Assembly: GCA_965153355.1 (NCBI GenBank)
Contig: OZ231126.1
Span: forward strand, 17,608,001-17,672,000
Length of the DNA stretch: 64,000 nucleotides
DNA from: Flaccisagitta enflata
Lineage: Eukaryota
Direction of reading: 5' to 3'
Shown here: positions 13,700 through 26,076 of the stretch, piece by piece
How positions within the stretch are numbered: the first letter of the stretch is position 1
How the letters are laid out: each line of letters begins with the position of its first letter
Program-made: the position numbers and the translations under genes
Notes under the pieces: model-generated
Database searches by the model: none
What the model was told of the DNA's origin: nothing
The model's input: only the letters and a program-made list of their open reading frames with translations

Positions 13700-13874
13700 C
13701 AGTGGAGCGCCACTAAAGTGCACCTGCTAATAAGGTATGCCCACCTATAATGCATATAACTTGTGGTCACCTGAGAGATTTTTGTAGTTGTTTTTACAGT
13801 GGTAATAAGGCAGCTTCACTATGAGGCATGATTTTGCTCAGTCCCCTGGCATGCGCTCTTGCGGAGCTCAACTG
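13700..13874. mobile_element. Small Tc1/mariner-type MITE
   Basis: TA-flanked imperfect TIR CAGTGGAGCGCC / GGAGCTCAACTG. Confidence 0.55.
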
Positions 13875-14629
13875 TATTGTAATCATTTCTCTTCAAATCA
13901 ACCTTATTCTATTAATCTAAACTAGCTCAGTAGTTTGTTTTCAATTACCTGCTCTCCCGCCTCTCTCTTCTTCTTTTCTTTTCTTTCCTTTCTTTTCTTT
14001 CTTTCCTCCTCTATCCCTCTCACTCCCTCCCCCTCTCTCTCCCTCCCTCACTCTCACTTTTTTTATCTCTCTCTCGTTGTCTTTCTCTTTATTTATCTTC
14101 TTTCTTTGAAAATTTGGAAGGCCAATCTGGCCGTGACAAACTGGAAGTAGCCTTACAAACCATTTCTGACAAAAGCAAGGTAAAGCAAGGTAAAGGACCT
14201 GGTATTGAAGTATGTTGCAATGGAGAATTCTTCAAAATCATAGACCAGAGCTGAGGAATTCAGTGCCTTTGAAGAGCAAAGAGGATGTAAAAATGATGGT
14301 ATGCTTATGAAGGAGGGAATAATTGGCAAGGCAAGGCAATTGTCAAGCTAGATAGCTTTTATCATATCTTGAGTGTTAGGAATACTGTGAAAAAAAGCAG
14401 CAGGCACTCATTGAAAGACACAGATGAAGCAAGTTTCAGAAATGTTCACAGAGGATGTACTTAAAACAAATTCCAGTGGACAAAAAAGCAGGAGAGACAC
14501 TTCTCACAATCGCTCAAAGCTAAAGGAGTTGTAGCATTTCAGGCCATAAATGACAGATTGTATTCAAATTGACAGACAAAGCATTTGCAAAGGGAGGTAA
14601 ATGCATGCTCAAAGACAAGGAATTGAAAG

Positions 14630-14765
14630 TAGGGATGTGGAAGCGATTGACCGCTTCCAATTTGGAGGATGGGATAGCTACTAGTATTTGAACTGTAAAA
14701 TGGAAGCGGAAGCGGAAGCGGATGCGGTGGAAGCGGCATGAAAATCGACCGCTTCCACATCCCTA
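14630..14765. mobile_element. 136-bp hAT-type MITE
   Basis: TIR TAGGGATGTGGAAGCG / CGCTTCCACATCCCTA; exact 8-bp TSD ATTGAAAG (14622-14629, 14766-14773). Confidence 0.9.
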
Positions 14766-16248
14766 ATTGAAAGCCTAGCAAAAGGAAGTTGCAGAAATAA
14801 AGACAGATTGGTCCAGGGCCCAAAAGGATTTGATGAAGTCCTTATCTGCTCTCACTGATCCAAAGGCAGATCAGCTAGCTAGAGGGCAGTCAAAAAACAA
14901 GGTGATGGCATTATGCTTAGATAATGACAAGAAACATAAATGTGATGCTTCATTGACAACCCAAAATGAATTTTACAAATGCAACAATTGAATCAAGATG
15001 TTGAAGGAGCAAAATAAACTATCTATTTTGAGCAGACAAATCAAGTTGAAAAAAATCATTTTTTCTGAGTTGCCTAGTGGCTTTGTTTACTTCAAGCAAT
15101 ACAATATCATTTCCTGAAAAATGTATGAAAATCTACTGGCATCACATTCTGTTCACCAATGCAGTCAAAAATTCATTACAGCTGATGATGTCTATGAAGC
15201 AACTAATATGCTTGATTCACCCACAGCAGTCTCAAGCAAAGAGAAAAAGATATACAGCACCCACTTTAGCTGATCCTGAACTGGACTTCCAATGGCCACT
15301 TCAGGAGGAAGAATTTCTTATTACTTTGGAAGTAGATGGTTGGAACCTTGGGTCAGTCCAATCATGCAACCAGGAGCAAGATACCACTTGTATTCAAGCC
15401 CTCACTACTCTAAAAACTTGTGCAAAAGATCACATAGGGAAGATATATTGGATTTACCCAACTGAGCAAAAAAATTTGGTCTTTGCACTTCTCAACAGAA
15501 AGGTCATCGAGGCTCTTTGAGGACAACTCATCACCTCTAATACCCCAGAATAGTAGCACAATAAAGATTAAGAAAAATTCATGACCATTCATGATCTGAC
15601 CTATGATTTTATTCTCCCTCTTACACAAATTTTATGAATTGGATGATTGCACTGCTATTTCATGGAACTTTGTTTGACTAGGATTGAGTTATCTTATTGA
15701 TAAAATGATCACAATTTCATTACAGATCATTAACTTAACATAGTTTGCAAGGTTTTATCAATATCTAGTGTAGGAGCTAGTGAGATATCTTATTCTATTG
15801 ATTTCAATAACAGTTTCCCGTTTTTGCGTGTTTTTCTGCAATTTTTACCTTTTTTTACTGGCTGATAGTAAAAATTTCAAGTAATTTTTTTTTCATGGGA
15901 TGAAGAATGCTACTGAGGCATGGCATGAACAATAGTAGTTTGAACAAGAAAAAATCTTTTGGAATGTTTTAGCTATCTATGAAAAAACGCCTAAAAATAC
16001 GCCTAAAAATATCGCAAAAATTGGTTTTTGGGGCCATCCACGGGGTATTTTTTGAGTGACAGCCCCAAAATTGATGGAAAACCTCATATTTTAAGCCCAC
16101 TAGCATGAAAATCAAGTATCTGAGGCGAGATTTTGACTCGCCCTACACTCGTACTCCCTTACCACTAGTGGCCTAAAAAAGCGAACTTCCAACTTCCACT
16201 AAATTGCTCGGTAATGATGGTCAGATGGTCAAATCTGGCTAGTTTTAC

Positions 16249-16382
16249 CTTTGTTCGGAAGCTGCTTCCTCTGCGTTAGACGTTCTTCTAGAATCGCCCG
16301 AGAATTTGATTGGCTTTGAAGTTGCAGTGGATGTGTTTCCGGTTGATTGTGTTGTTGATTTGTCTGCTGCCCCGACAGGAGT
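16249..16382 (-). CDS. Host gene exon D (copy 1)
   Basis: Acceptor tcttaag|A, donor G|gtaaaa, phase 2-1, 134 nt, RLLSGQQTNQ...RKQLPNK. Confidence 0.75.
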
Positions 16383-16505
16383 CTTAAGATTGAAGGGGTG
16401 GAAGGAGGAAACAAAAGAGGGGGAAATGGGAGTTAGCAAATAAGTGACTTCAAAAGAATCATTTAGTTTGTCGGGCGGGCAGCAAATTTCGCGCCTCTTT
16501 CTCCT

Positions 16506-16605
<100 letters not shown>

Positions 16606-17395
16606 CTTTCCCTCCCCACTTTTACGACTAACATTCACGACATGACATCGACATTTTTGCGGTCTTCTTTTTCCCCCTTTCATAAATTCAATTCTTCTTT
16701 TCCAAGGGAAAAAAGCCAAATCGATTTTTTTCCCTTGAAAGATTTTGATATTCACCCGCTGCGAAAGTAATGGCGCTTCCAACGCACGAATCTGACAGAC
16801 TGACAAATCGACTTATGAATAAATAAATTTTAAAATCCTAGTCTTTTCATCCCTTCCATACGCGATATCTCTCTCAACGAAATAGAAAAAAAAAAAGAAA
16901 GATTTTCTCTCTGAACTCATGATGAATGAAAGCTCTTCATTTGGACAATGGACATCAACTGATCGAGTTACAACGTGAACGTATGAGAACGAGCAACGTG
17001 AGTCGGAGTGAAGACTGACCCGCTTTTGCGTCAGTCTGAGTGACACGTAACACGTTCAACAATCAGACAAGAAAAAACGGTTTTTATTGGACGGAACTTA
17101 TAAATAACCGAAAAAAACCATGACCAATTTTTTTTTTTCATTAAATTCTACACGGGATAAAAATAACTGCACTGTCAGATCGTTATCACTTAACACAAAT
17201 GCACGATGAAACGATAAAAAGCCGGCATGTGTCACTGCGTTGTTACAAGTGGTTTAAAGTCACACCTGTAGACGTCGCGACAGAAAGACGTCTACCCATT
17301 ACCCAATGAATGAATGAATGAATGAATGAATATATCCTTTACAGCCTATATAATCGCTTTTCAGCTCACTAAAGCCATTTGACGTCTCTGTGTAC

Positions 17396-17659
17396 CTCGT
17401 TGATTTTTGAGCAGCATCTGTAGAATCGGTTTGATTGTCAGTGTTCGTGACTGGACGCGAAGACGTTGAAGGGGTTTTTGATTCGGTTGCTGTTGCTGTT
17501 GCTGTCGGTGTTGTTGCTATTGCTGTTGCTGTTGCTGTCGGTGTTGTTAGCGTTGCTGTTGCTGTCGATGTTGTTGCTGTTATCGCAGCCGCGGTCGAAT
17601 TTGGCTGCTGAGATTTTTCGTCACTGACGTCCAAGGATTCAAGCGATTCTCCACGATCG
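17396..17659 (-). CDS. Host gene exon C (T/A-rich)
   Basis: Acceptor tgcccag|C, donor AG|gtacac, phase 2-2, 264 nt, SDRGESLESLDVSDEK...AAQKST. Confidence 0.8.
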
Positions 17660-17780
17660 CTGGGCAGAAATTGAATTATTTTTCAAACAAAAAATGATTA
17701 TATTGTTGAGGATTAATATAATTATTAATTAATATATAAGGAATTTTTATAATCTAATAAATTGCTTCATATGATCTCCT

Positions 17781-17854
<74 letters not shown>

Positions 17855-18217
17855 TTGCTTTTTGATTCAAATAGTGTTTGTGGCTTTATTAACCAGATTC
17901 GAACATATTTTCCATCTTTTTATTTATTGATTAAAGAATATCATCATTTAATTATTAAATGATAAGTATATTATTTTTTTCACCAGCAAAAGCAATCGTT
18001 CTTGCTTTGTCTTATAAATGTTACTCTTGATTTTTGCCTAAAATAACTTCGAGTCATCACCACGAAGAAAGTTGAAAATGAACTAAATGAGGAGAGATAG
18101 GAGAGAGCAACAAAATCTATGGAAAGAAAAAAAAAACAACAAAAACAAAACAAAAAAATAAGGAGAAATTCAGTATACATGAGTGAAACCCCGGGAGAAT
18201 CCAAAGCAGGAAACAAG

Positions 18218-18248
<31 letters not shown>

Positions 18249-18411
18249 ATGGAGAGGAAAAAATAAAAGATTTTTTTCCTCTCTTTCTCTATGAATACGC
18301 GAAGAAAACGGTGATCAAACAAGAGTGAAAGGAGAGGTTTTTTTTGGAATTCGAATTTTGGCAGATGGGGTTATAGAAGGTGCGGAAGACTTCGTTAGGG
18401 GATGATGAGTA

Positions 18412-18540
18412 GGACAAGGCCAAGTAGGCCAATGAAGTGCGCCGTGTGGATCGTCAAACGTTTGCGTCACCGACAGACAAACCGACCGACCAACGGACAC
18501 AGCCAGTTATAGAGGTGCGCGTGCGTTGGCGCACCTAAAA
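18412..18540 (+). mobile_element. Short HINE-like element
   Basis: ACAAGGCC start, (GACC/GACA) microsatellite, terminal hairpin AGGTGCGC...GCGCACCT; inverted relative at ~42131-42254. Confidence 0.6.
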
Positions 18541-19116
18541 TAGCAAGTGCGTACCCATATTACTATTATTAGCTATAGTCGGGGGTCTTAAGGAAATGCC
18601 GTGCAAAAATTTTCAGCAAGCTCTATGAATTTGCATACGGGACTATTTTTTCATGCTGAAGACAGCCAAACCATCCGTTTTTCAAAAAAATTTTCGCACC
18701 CCTTCTAAAAATTGCTTTTTAGGCCATTTTTTTCACTTCAAAACGTCATAACGGGTAAAACGTTCAGGTTGGCTCAACAAAATTTTACATGGTGAAATAT
18801 GTGATATTTCTTTGGTTACATACCAAATTTCAGCTTAATCGGTTGAGTAGAAGCGGCGTTATTGAATTTTAAAGTCTAGGTACCTTTTTTCAAAAAAATG
18901 CCAAAATTTTGAAAAAGGGCTATCCCTAAGCTAAATGGTTCAACTTCATGCCACAAGATTTTGCATGGTCAAATGTATGATGAAAACCGACTTGCATGTC
19001 AAATTCTAACCTCTCAGCCCATATAGAAGCAGAGATATGAATGTTCAAAGTTAAGCATATTTTTTTGAGAAAAAATCAAAAACTACAAAAAAATGATTTT
19101 TTCTCCTCAACGACAA

Positions 19117-20713
19117 CTACGTGAGGTTTGTGCTTGTGGTACAAAGTTTAGGGAAAATCCTTATCTTACCATTGAGAAAATAAGGGCTCAGTTTAAGAAA
19201 GAGATAGATAGCCTTGTAGTGAAGCTATCGGGCAAGTTTAGAATATCGCGGACAGCTTTTAAGAAATGGAAGGGTGCTTTTCTGAGAAATTTTAACAATA
19301 AGCTGATGTCATGTAAGGAGACTACTAGCTATAGACTGCCGGTGCTCACGCGTCGGGAATGTAAGGCGGAACTTTTAAAGTTACAGGATAGTTATGTTAT
19401 CACTGTTGTAGATAAGGCTGCGGGCAATTTTGCTTTTACATGTAAAAAGTTCTATTTTTTGAGATTAGCGGAGGAGTTAGGACTCAATAACGATAACCCT
19501 GGAAATGAGACGTACAGGTTTTCACCGAATTCTGAAGGTGAGATAGTTGGTAGTATTAGGACAGATCTTTTGAGATTCAGGATTGCGCCCGACTCTAAAG
19601 AGGAAAAGTTAGCTCTTTTGTATCAGACTCCGAAGTTTCATAAGAATCCGCCAAAGATGCGATACATAGCTGGTAATGTCAGTACGGTCACATCAAGACT
19701 GGACAGAATTGTGGCTAGTGTCTTGAAAATGTGTAAGGAGCATTTCAGGAATTTGTGTAATAAGAATAAGAAATTTTCAGGTGTAAGATATTATTTTGAT
19801 GTTCAGACTAGCATTGAAGTGAAGGATATGTTTAATTCGGCATATGGATTGGCTGACTCTATTTCGATTAATGATTTTTCAACATTGTACACTCTTTTTG
19901 ATCATGACCATCTCATGACCAATATCAATTGGTTGCTTGCTAAGCTTAGCAAGAACTGTGGTATGGGTTTTTTAAGGATTGGTCATGAGAAATCCTGGTG
20001 GGTTGCTAACAATTCAGAAGGATTAGTGTACTCTGTTGGCGAATTTATTGAAATGGTTGACTACCTAATCCGCAATACCCACATAAAAGCTTTTGGACAT
20101 ATTTTCAGGCAAACTTTGGGGATAATTATGGGAGGTAAGAGTTCAGGCTGGCTTTCAGACTGCTCTCTTATGGTGGACGAGTTTAAATATATTGATAATA
20201 AGATAAAATCAGGACTTAGAGATGAGGCAGAATGTTTAAGATTTTTTAGAAGATATCGCGATGATTGTACTTCTATTAATTTAAGTAACCCAAGAGAATG
20301 ATCAGTCAGATCAGGCAAATGTTTTAGACATGCAGGTAAGAATAGAAGGAGGCAATATCATTACTAAGGTTTTTTGTAAGACAGACATTTTTCCATTCCA
20401 TGTAATATCCCTACCCTTTCTTGAGAGTAATCTAAATTCAAGGATTTGTTATAAAGTTTTTTATGGCCAAATCATAAGATTTCAGAGACTGTGTAATTTT
20501 CAGGAAGATTTTGAGGAACGTGTCAAATTTTTATTGGATACATTAACGGGTAGAGGTTATAAATTTGGGCTACTAAAAAGGGAATTTTGTAAATCTGTAA
20601 ACAAATATATTTCAGAATTTCAGAGATGGGCTATCCCTTTGGATTTTGATAAATGGTTTTTAAACATATCCAGAAATATTCCTTCTTCCATTACTTTTCA
20701 GGTAAGAAACTAG
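19117..20713 (+). pseudogene. PLE reverse transcriptase (truncated, frameshifted)
   Basis: PLE-type motifs GTKFRE, DKAAGNF, TPKFHKNPPKMRYI, DFSTLYT, QTLGIIMGGKSS, RRYRDD, ANVLDMQV and thumb region YGQIIRFQRLC..RGY. Frame shifts near 20287 (DDCTSINLS / TQENDQSDQANVLD), consistent with a short deletion. No GIY-YIG follows the thumb. Confidence 0.9.
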
Positions 20714-21450
20714 GTAAGAAACTAATCTAGCTTGTTAAACACCATTGAGCTTTATCTAGATTATTAATAAGCCAGCTAATTAGTTTGAGATCTAGGCTGT
20801 TTGGTGAGTTTTTGTATTATTCGGTGAAATTTGGGCTTGGTCTATTCATATAGCATGCTCATATTTCATTTATAAGATCATTGGTCTATTCACATAGCTG
20901 TGATCTATATTTGTAAATTTTTGTATGTATTTATGCTTATTGTAATTTGGTGAAATTTGGGCTTGGTCTATTCATATAGCAGGCTCATATTTCATCTATA
21001 TAGATCATTGGTCTATTCACATAGCTGTGATCTTTATTTGTAATTATAATTTGTAAATATGTAAACTATGTAGATTATGTATTCCATGTTTTATCAATCA
21101 AACTATGTTTTTGTGAAAGTTTTTATGAAAATTTATATGTATTCTTTATGAACTACATTTTTCATTTGCATGATTTGTTCAGATTTTCAACTGTTTCATT
21201 TGTTTTTCATTTCATTCCAGGACCTTTGTTTTCAATTTTCATTTTCATTTCAGGACCTCTGTCCTCCCTAATCTAAGACCTCTGTCCATCTGACTCTGTT
21301 TTATTTTGACCACTCCTATTTGACCAGGACTCTTCCTTTTGATCCTCTTCCTCTTCATTCTTCACCTCATTTACTTTCATTTCTACTTCTGATTCTTTTC
21401 TGCCTCTCCACTCTTCCATTTTTGTATTTTTTATGTTTTTAACTTGTATT

Positions 21451-21558
21451 TGTTGTACTTTGGGAAACGGTGATGGGGCCTAAACCGGCCAGGATTAGGG
21501 GTAATAATTTGTTTTACCCTTTTTCCTGCGAGTCCAAAGCCTCGGCTGAGGTACAACA
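21451..21558 (+). ncRNA. Twister ribozyme, type P5 permutation
   Basis: P5 UGUUGUACUUUGG/CUGAGGUACAACA; linker GAAA; P2 CGGU/ACCG; conserved GA (21472-73); T1 UGG pairing with CCA; UAA (21481-83); T2 GC/GC; P3 CAGGA..AGGGGUAA/UUACCCUU..UCCUG; P4 CGAG/CUCG closing loop UCCAAAGC. Confidence 0.85.
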
Positions 21559-22712
21559 TTATTTGTTCTTGTTTTTTGGTTTTTATTGTCTTTCTTTTCC
21601 TCATTGCCTACATTGACACAGTTATAAATGAAGAGGAAGGAGAAGAAGAAGAAGAAGAAGAGGAAGAAGAAGAAGAAGAAAAAGAAAAAGAAGAAGAAGA
21701 AGAAGAAGAAGAAGAAGAAGAAGAAGAAGAAGAAGAATTTTTTTCCAAATTAGGTTGCTTGCTTTCACCCTCGGACACCTAGCTGGTAACACCCAGCTAT
21801 TAGTTTTTCCACAAACTTTGGTTTGAAATATAAAGACAATCACTCACGTTTACTGGAAATCAATCAAAGTTCATGGACAAATCAAAAAACTTTTTATAAG
21901 CTTTTCAGTCAAGAAATCCGCATGTGATTTTCTGTCCTTTTATGGATTTGGTAGGCATTTGAAGTTAGTAAGGTTTTTTTGGCAATTTTGCAGTAATTTG
22001 CATGGGGAGTGTTTTGATCTCATTCGATTTTGTCTAAAGCATAAATAAAAGCGTAAGACTTTTTCAAGCTCTACCTGGTGAAAAAATCCGCGTGTGGCTA
22101 AATATTTCTATTTAGATGTGACAGTTGTTTGCTTTTGAGACAATATCAATTGGACAGGTGTTAAAGGAGCAACATGGGGACAGGTAAAGTAAGACCCCAC
22201 TAAAAGTATTTCAAATTCATCCATACTGTTCCAAAAAATGCAAAATTTTGAAAAGGGCCATGCCTAGGCCAGACGATTTGGCCGATTGCCACAAAATTTG
22301 ACATGGTGATAAGCATTATCAAAACAGAGTTATAAATTTTCAAAGAATCACCATTACTTTTGGAAAAAAAAAAACAACAAAAATAGAAAAAATACCATTA
22401 CTTCTGAAACATAGTGGCCTCGGAGATGAAATTTAAGATGATGAATTGCGTGATATTCATGACTCTACATGCCAATTTTTAGCTATCTAGCTCACACTGA
22501 GGTTTTAAATGACCATTTTTTAGCCTAAAGACCCAGTTTTAGTTCATCCACTGGTCCTTAATTGGGGATTTTCCTCTGACTAGATCTAATCTATCGCTAA
22601 CCAAAGAAAATTTGATGATTGGAGATCTAGTAAGGCTGATATGAAGCCTAATAGAGCAAAAATTTTGTCTGGAAGGCCTGATTTTGGACTGTGTAGACTG
22701 ATTCAAGGTGTA

Positions 22713-23304
22713 CTATCTAGGCGGAAAAAATCTTTCGGTACGTTGACATGCATATCTCAGGTTAGAATCAACCAATCGTCAAAAAATTGGTGAGACAATT
22801 AAAGCCCTTCAAATTTGCAAGAGATTGACGCAAACCGCATCCCTCTAGCTATATGCGTTTAAAAGCTATTCAACTCTGACTGAAATGCTTCAGTTACACT
22901 TTTGCCATTTCTACACAATCTTCTGATGATATCATATCACTCTTTTTTTAATCATTTCTAAACGCGTTGAGCTAGACAGATGCGATTTGCGTTGCCCGCT
23001 TGCAAATTCGAAGGGCTTCATTTAGGTCACCGATTTTTCTATGATTTGATATTTCTTCTGAAAGCTGTATGTCTAAATGTAGCGAAAGAAATTGAAAAAA
23101 AAAATCATGAGACAGATCTGGAAAGCCTTCACTCTTGAGTACCTCCAACAGCTTTACAAATCGCTTCCGAAACAAATGGCTGCCCTGATTCAGTCTAAGG
23201 AAGCTTACACTAATTATTAATGGATCTTTAATTGATTTGTATTCATTTTTACGGCAATGAATACGTTTTTAGTACAGGACGAAAGATTTTTTCCGCCTAG
23301 ATAG
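22713..23304. mobile_element. TA-flanked MITE inside the Academ left arm
   Basis: Perfect TIR CTATCTAGGCGGAAAAAATCTTTCG / CGAAAGATTTTTTCCGCCTAGATAG; absent from the mirror arm. Confidence 0.85.
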
Positions 23305-25094
23305 TAAGGATTTGATGTGTAAGGGAGGATTTAAGTTGCCCAAAAGCAGGATATGGGCAACAGTCCAAAAGGGCTGATGCCCTGTAGGACACAGGAGTGA
23401 ATTTCCTTATATATATCCTTCTGTTTGTCTGTATGTCCATCCATCTGTATATCTGTCTGTACGTCCTCACTTGGCTTCTCAGGCCCTAATCCAGTGTTTT
23501 TAGTTAAATAAATGCAATGCTTGATCTTGCTGTGTCAGTCTGTCAGTCTATTGTTCAGTCAGTTGGTGACCAAATAAAAATACAGGTTCTTTGGTCATAT
23601 TTAGGCATTAAAAGGTGATTACAGGTATTCAAAAGGGGAGTAAAGGTAATTAGGTTATTTAAGGTAATTCTAGGTCATTATAGATAATCATGTAATCATA
23701 GGTTATTACGGGTAATTTCAACCATGTAGTAATTAAAAGGTATTTATAGGTATTGAACAGGTAGATGCAGGTGATAAGTAATTGTAGGAAAATATAGCCA
23801 CTTCTTATTACCCTAGATACCATGAAACTAAGGTTTGTTGACCTTGTTTGGCCGGAAATCAGGACGAAGAAACCTGAATCATCCCTCTTAGACCCAAAAT
23901 CACCCCTTTTCTGCTACATCTACCTGGTAATACCTACAATTACCCGTAAATAACTATAATTACCAGACCAAATTACTATGAGTACCTTTACATACTCATA
24001 TTCAGTTTTCCATCGATCATCCAAACATGCTTCACTAAAGTTATGGAGACCCATATGACCCTAACAGGTTTAAAACTCAGCTTCCAGGTACCTATCTCAG
24101 CTTAAGCTTCAAATCTCAACTTGAAGCTTAAAGCTTTAGAGCCACTGCCCCTCTTACTATCAAACATTCACAAACACTCATTTAGGGGCCAAAGATACTG
24201 CTGACCATCTAATACTTTTGCAACTATTCAAGAATAGCACTCCTCCTTCTACTCCCATGCTGAAACTACCACTTTCACCCACTTCTTTTTCTTCACTTCT
24301 TTTTCTTCATTTCTAGTTGAAAGAGGCAAGGGGTAATTAAAGTCAAAAACAAAGTTTCTTTATGGCTTTTGAAACATACCCAAATATACTCAAAAATACT
24401 AAGTAATACCCAAAAGTACCCAAAAATATCTGGAAGTACCCTAAAGTACCTTAAGTACCAAGAAAACTTAAGTACCCTAAAGTACCCTGAAGTACCCTAA
24501 AGTACCCTGATATACCCTAGAGTACCTTTAATTGCCTAAAATCACCTTTTAATGCCTAAAAGTGACTAAAGAACCTGTATTTTGATTTGGTTACCAACAG
24601 ACTGACCAATAAACTGACAGACTGACACAGCAAGTCCAAGATTTGCGTTCATTCAACTAAAAACAATAGATTTGGGTCTGAGAAGCTGGGTGAGGACGTA
24701 CAGACAGATGTACAGATGGATGGACATGGAGACAAACAGAAGGATATAAGGAAATTCACTCCTGTGTCCTACAGGACATCAGGCCTTTTGGACTGTTACC
24801 CATGTCCTGCTTTTGGGCAACTTCATTAGATCTCAAAACAGCCTTCATAGACCTTAAATCAGTCTACACAGTCCAAAATCAGGCCTTCCAGACAAAATTT
24901 TTGCTCTGTTAGGCTTCATATCAGCCTCTAGATCTCCAATCATCAAATTTTTTTTGGTTAGTGATAGATTAGATCCAGTCAGAGGAAAATCCCCAATTAA
25001 GGACCAGTGGATGAACTAAAACTGGGTTTTTAGCCCAAAAAGTTGAAAAAATGGTCAATTTAAGCCATTTTTAGTTGCGTGCTACGCGACTCTA

Positions 25095-26013
25095 CAGTGG
25101 GTGGCTTAAAGTGGTGTCATTTTCAAATCTGATGACGCCCGCGGAGAAAATGAGACCATTTACATCATAGATGAGAATTCCCAAATTTGGGGGTGATCGG
25201 ATAAACTTTGCTCATACCCGCCACCCCACCCCCCTAGATTTGAGCCATGGTGGCGTTTCTAACAATCCCTGTTTGAACAGGTTACTTTAAAAGATTATAG
25301 CTCCCAAACAAATTGAGCTAGAGACCTCAACTTGGGCTCATTTTAAAGAGCAGACAAAGTTCTTTAAAATGAGCCCAAGTTGAAGTCGGTAGCTCAATTC
25401 GTCTAGGAGCGACAGTCTTTCAAAGTTAATGCTTCTTTTAAGAAAAAGAACCATTTACCCCTCTCTTTGTGGGCCTATATCTTTGAAACGAATTGAGCTG
25501 CTGACCTCAATTTGGGCTCATTTTAAAGAACAGAAAGAGCTCTTTAAAATGAGCCCAAATTGAAGTCTTTAACTCAATTCGTTTGGGGGCAACAGTCTTC
25601 CAAATTTTATGTTATTACGTTATTATAAGAAAAGCATACTGTAAATTCTGTCTGGACATGAGAAAAAAAAATGGTAGTATAATAATAACATTAAAATGAT
25701 GTAAAAAAATCAAACAAACAATATTTCTATAAGATATAAGAAAGTTATAGTGAATTTAATTATATATTTGATTTGATTATTTGATTTTTTGATTATATAT
25801 TTTCTGTACAAGATTTTTGCATGAGTATATAAAGATATGTTTTCATGATAACTGTCTGTAATAAATGATAAAATAAATTATTATTTGTTTATACTTTAAA
25901 TCTCACTTCTGTAGCTTAATTTTTCTCTCTATTGTGCTCACCCCTGTTATCTCAACTTTAGACAGAATCTACTGTACAATCCTTCTAGAAGCATGTTTCA
26001 CGTAAACGCAAGT

Positions 26014-26076
<63 letters not shown>

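Larger units (their letters stand above)
13394..16161. mobile_element. DNA transposon (decayed) with empty site visible elsewhere in the window
   Basis: TIR TAAGGGAGTACGAG / CTCGTACTCCCTTA plus imperfect subterminal inverted repeat to ~170 bp; TSD CCACTAG (7 bp; or ACCACTAGT 9 bp with a 1-bp shorter TIR); absent from the duplicated copy at ~38114-38122. Confidence 0.9.
19117..21600 (+). mobile_element. 5'-truncated Penelope-like retroelement (PLE) with 3' UTR/pLTR region
   Basis: Begins where similarity to the Academ TIR stops (19116); RT coding region, then ~0.9 kb U-rich 3' region with a ~130-bp tandem duplication and a ribozyme fold. The 3' boundary is approximate, just before a (GAA)n tract. 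Confidence 0.85.

Noticed and set aside
20299-20301. TGA read-through (selenocysteine) at the end of the RT ORF
   Set aside because: The RT continues in a different frame (TQENDQSDQANVLDM), so this is a frameshift.
21468-21550. SECIS element (GUGA...AAA...UGA), considered because some Naiad PLEs encode selenoproteins
   Set aside because: Only 8 nt separate UGA and AAA, the helix pairs poorly, the RT has no in-frame UGA needing recoding, and the twister fold explains the whole segment.
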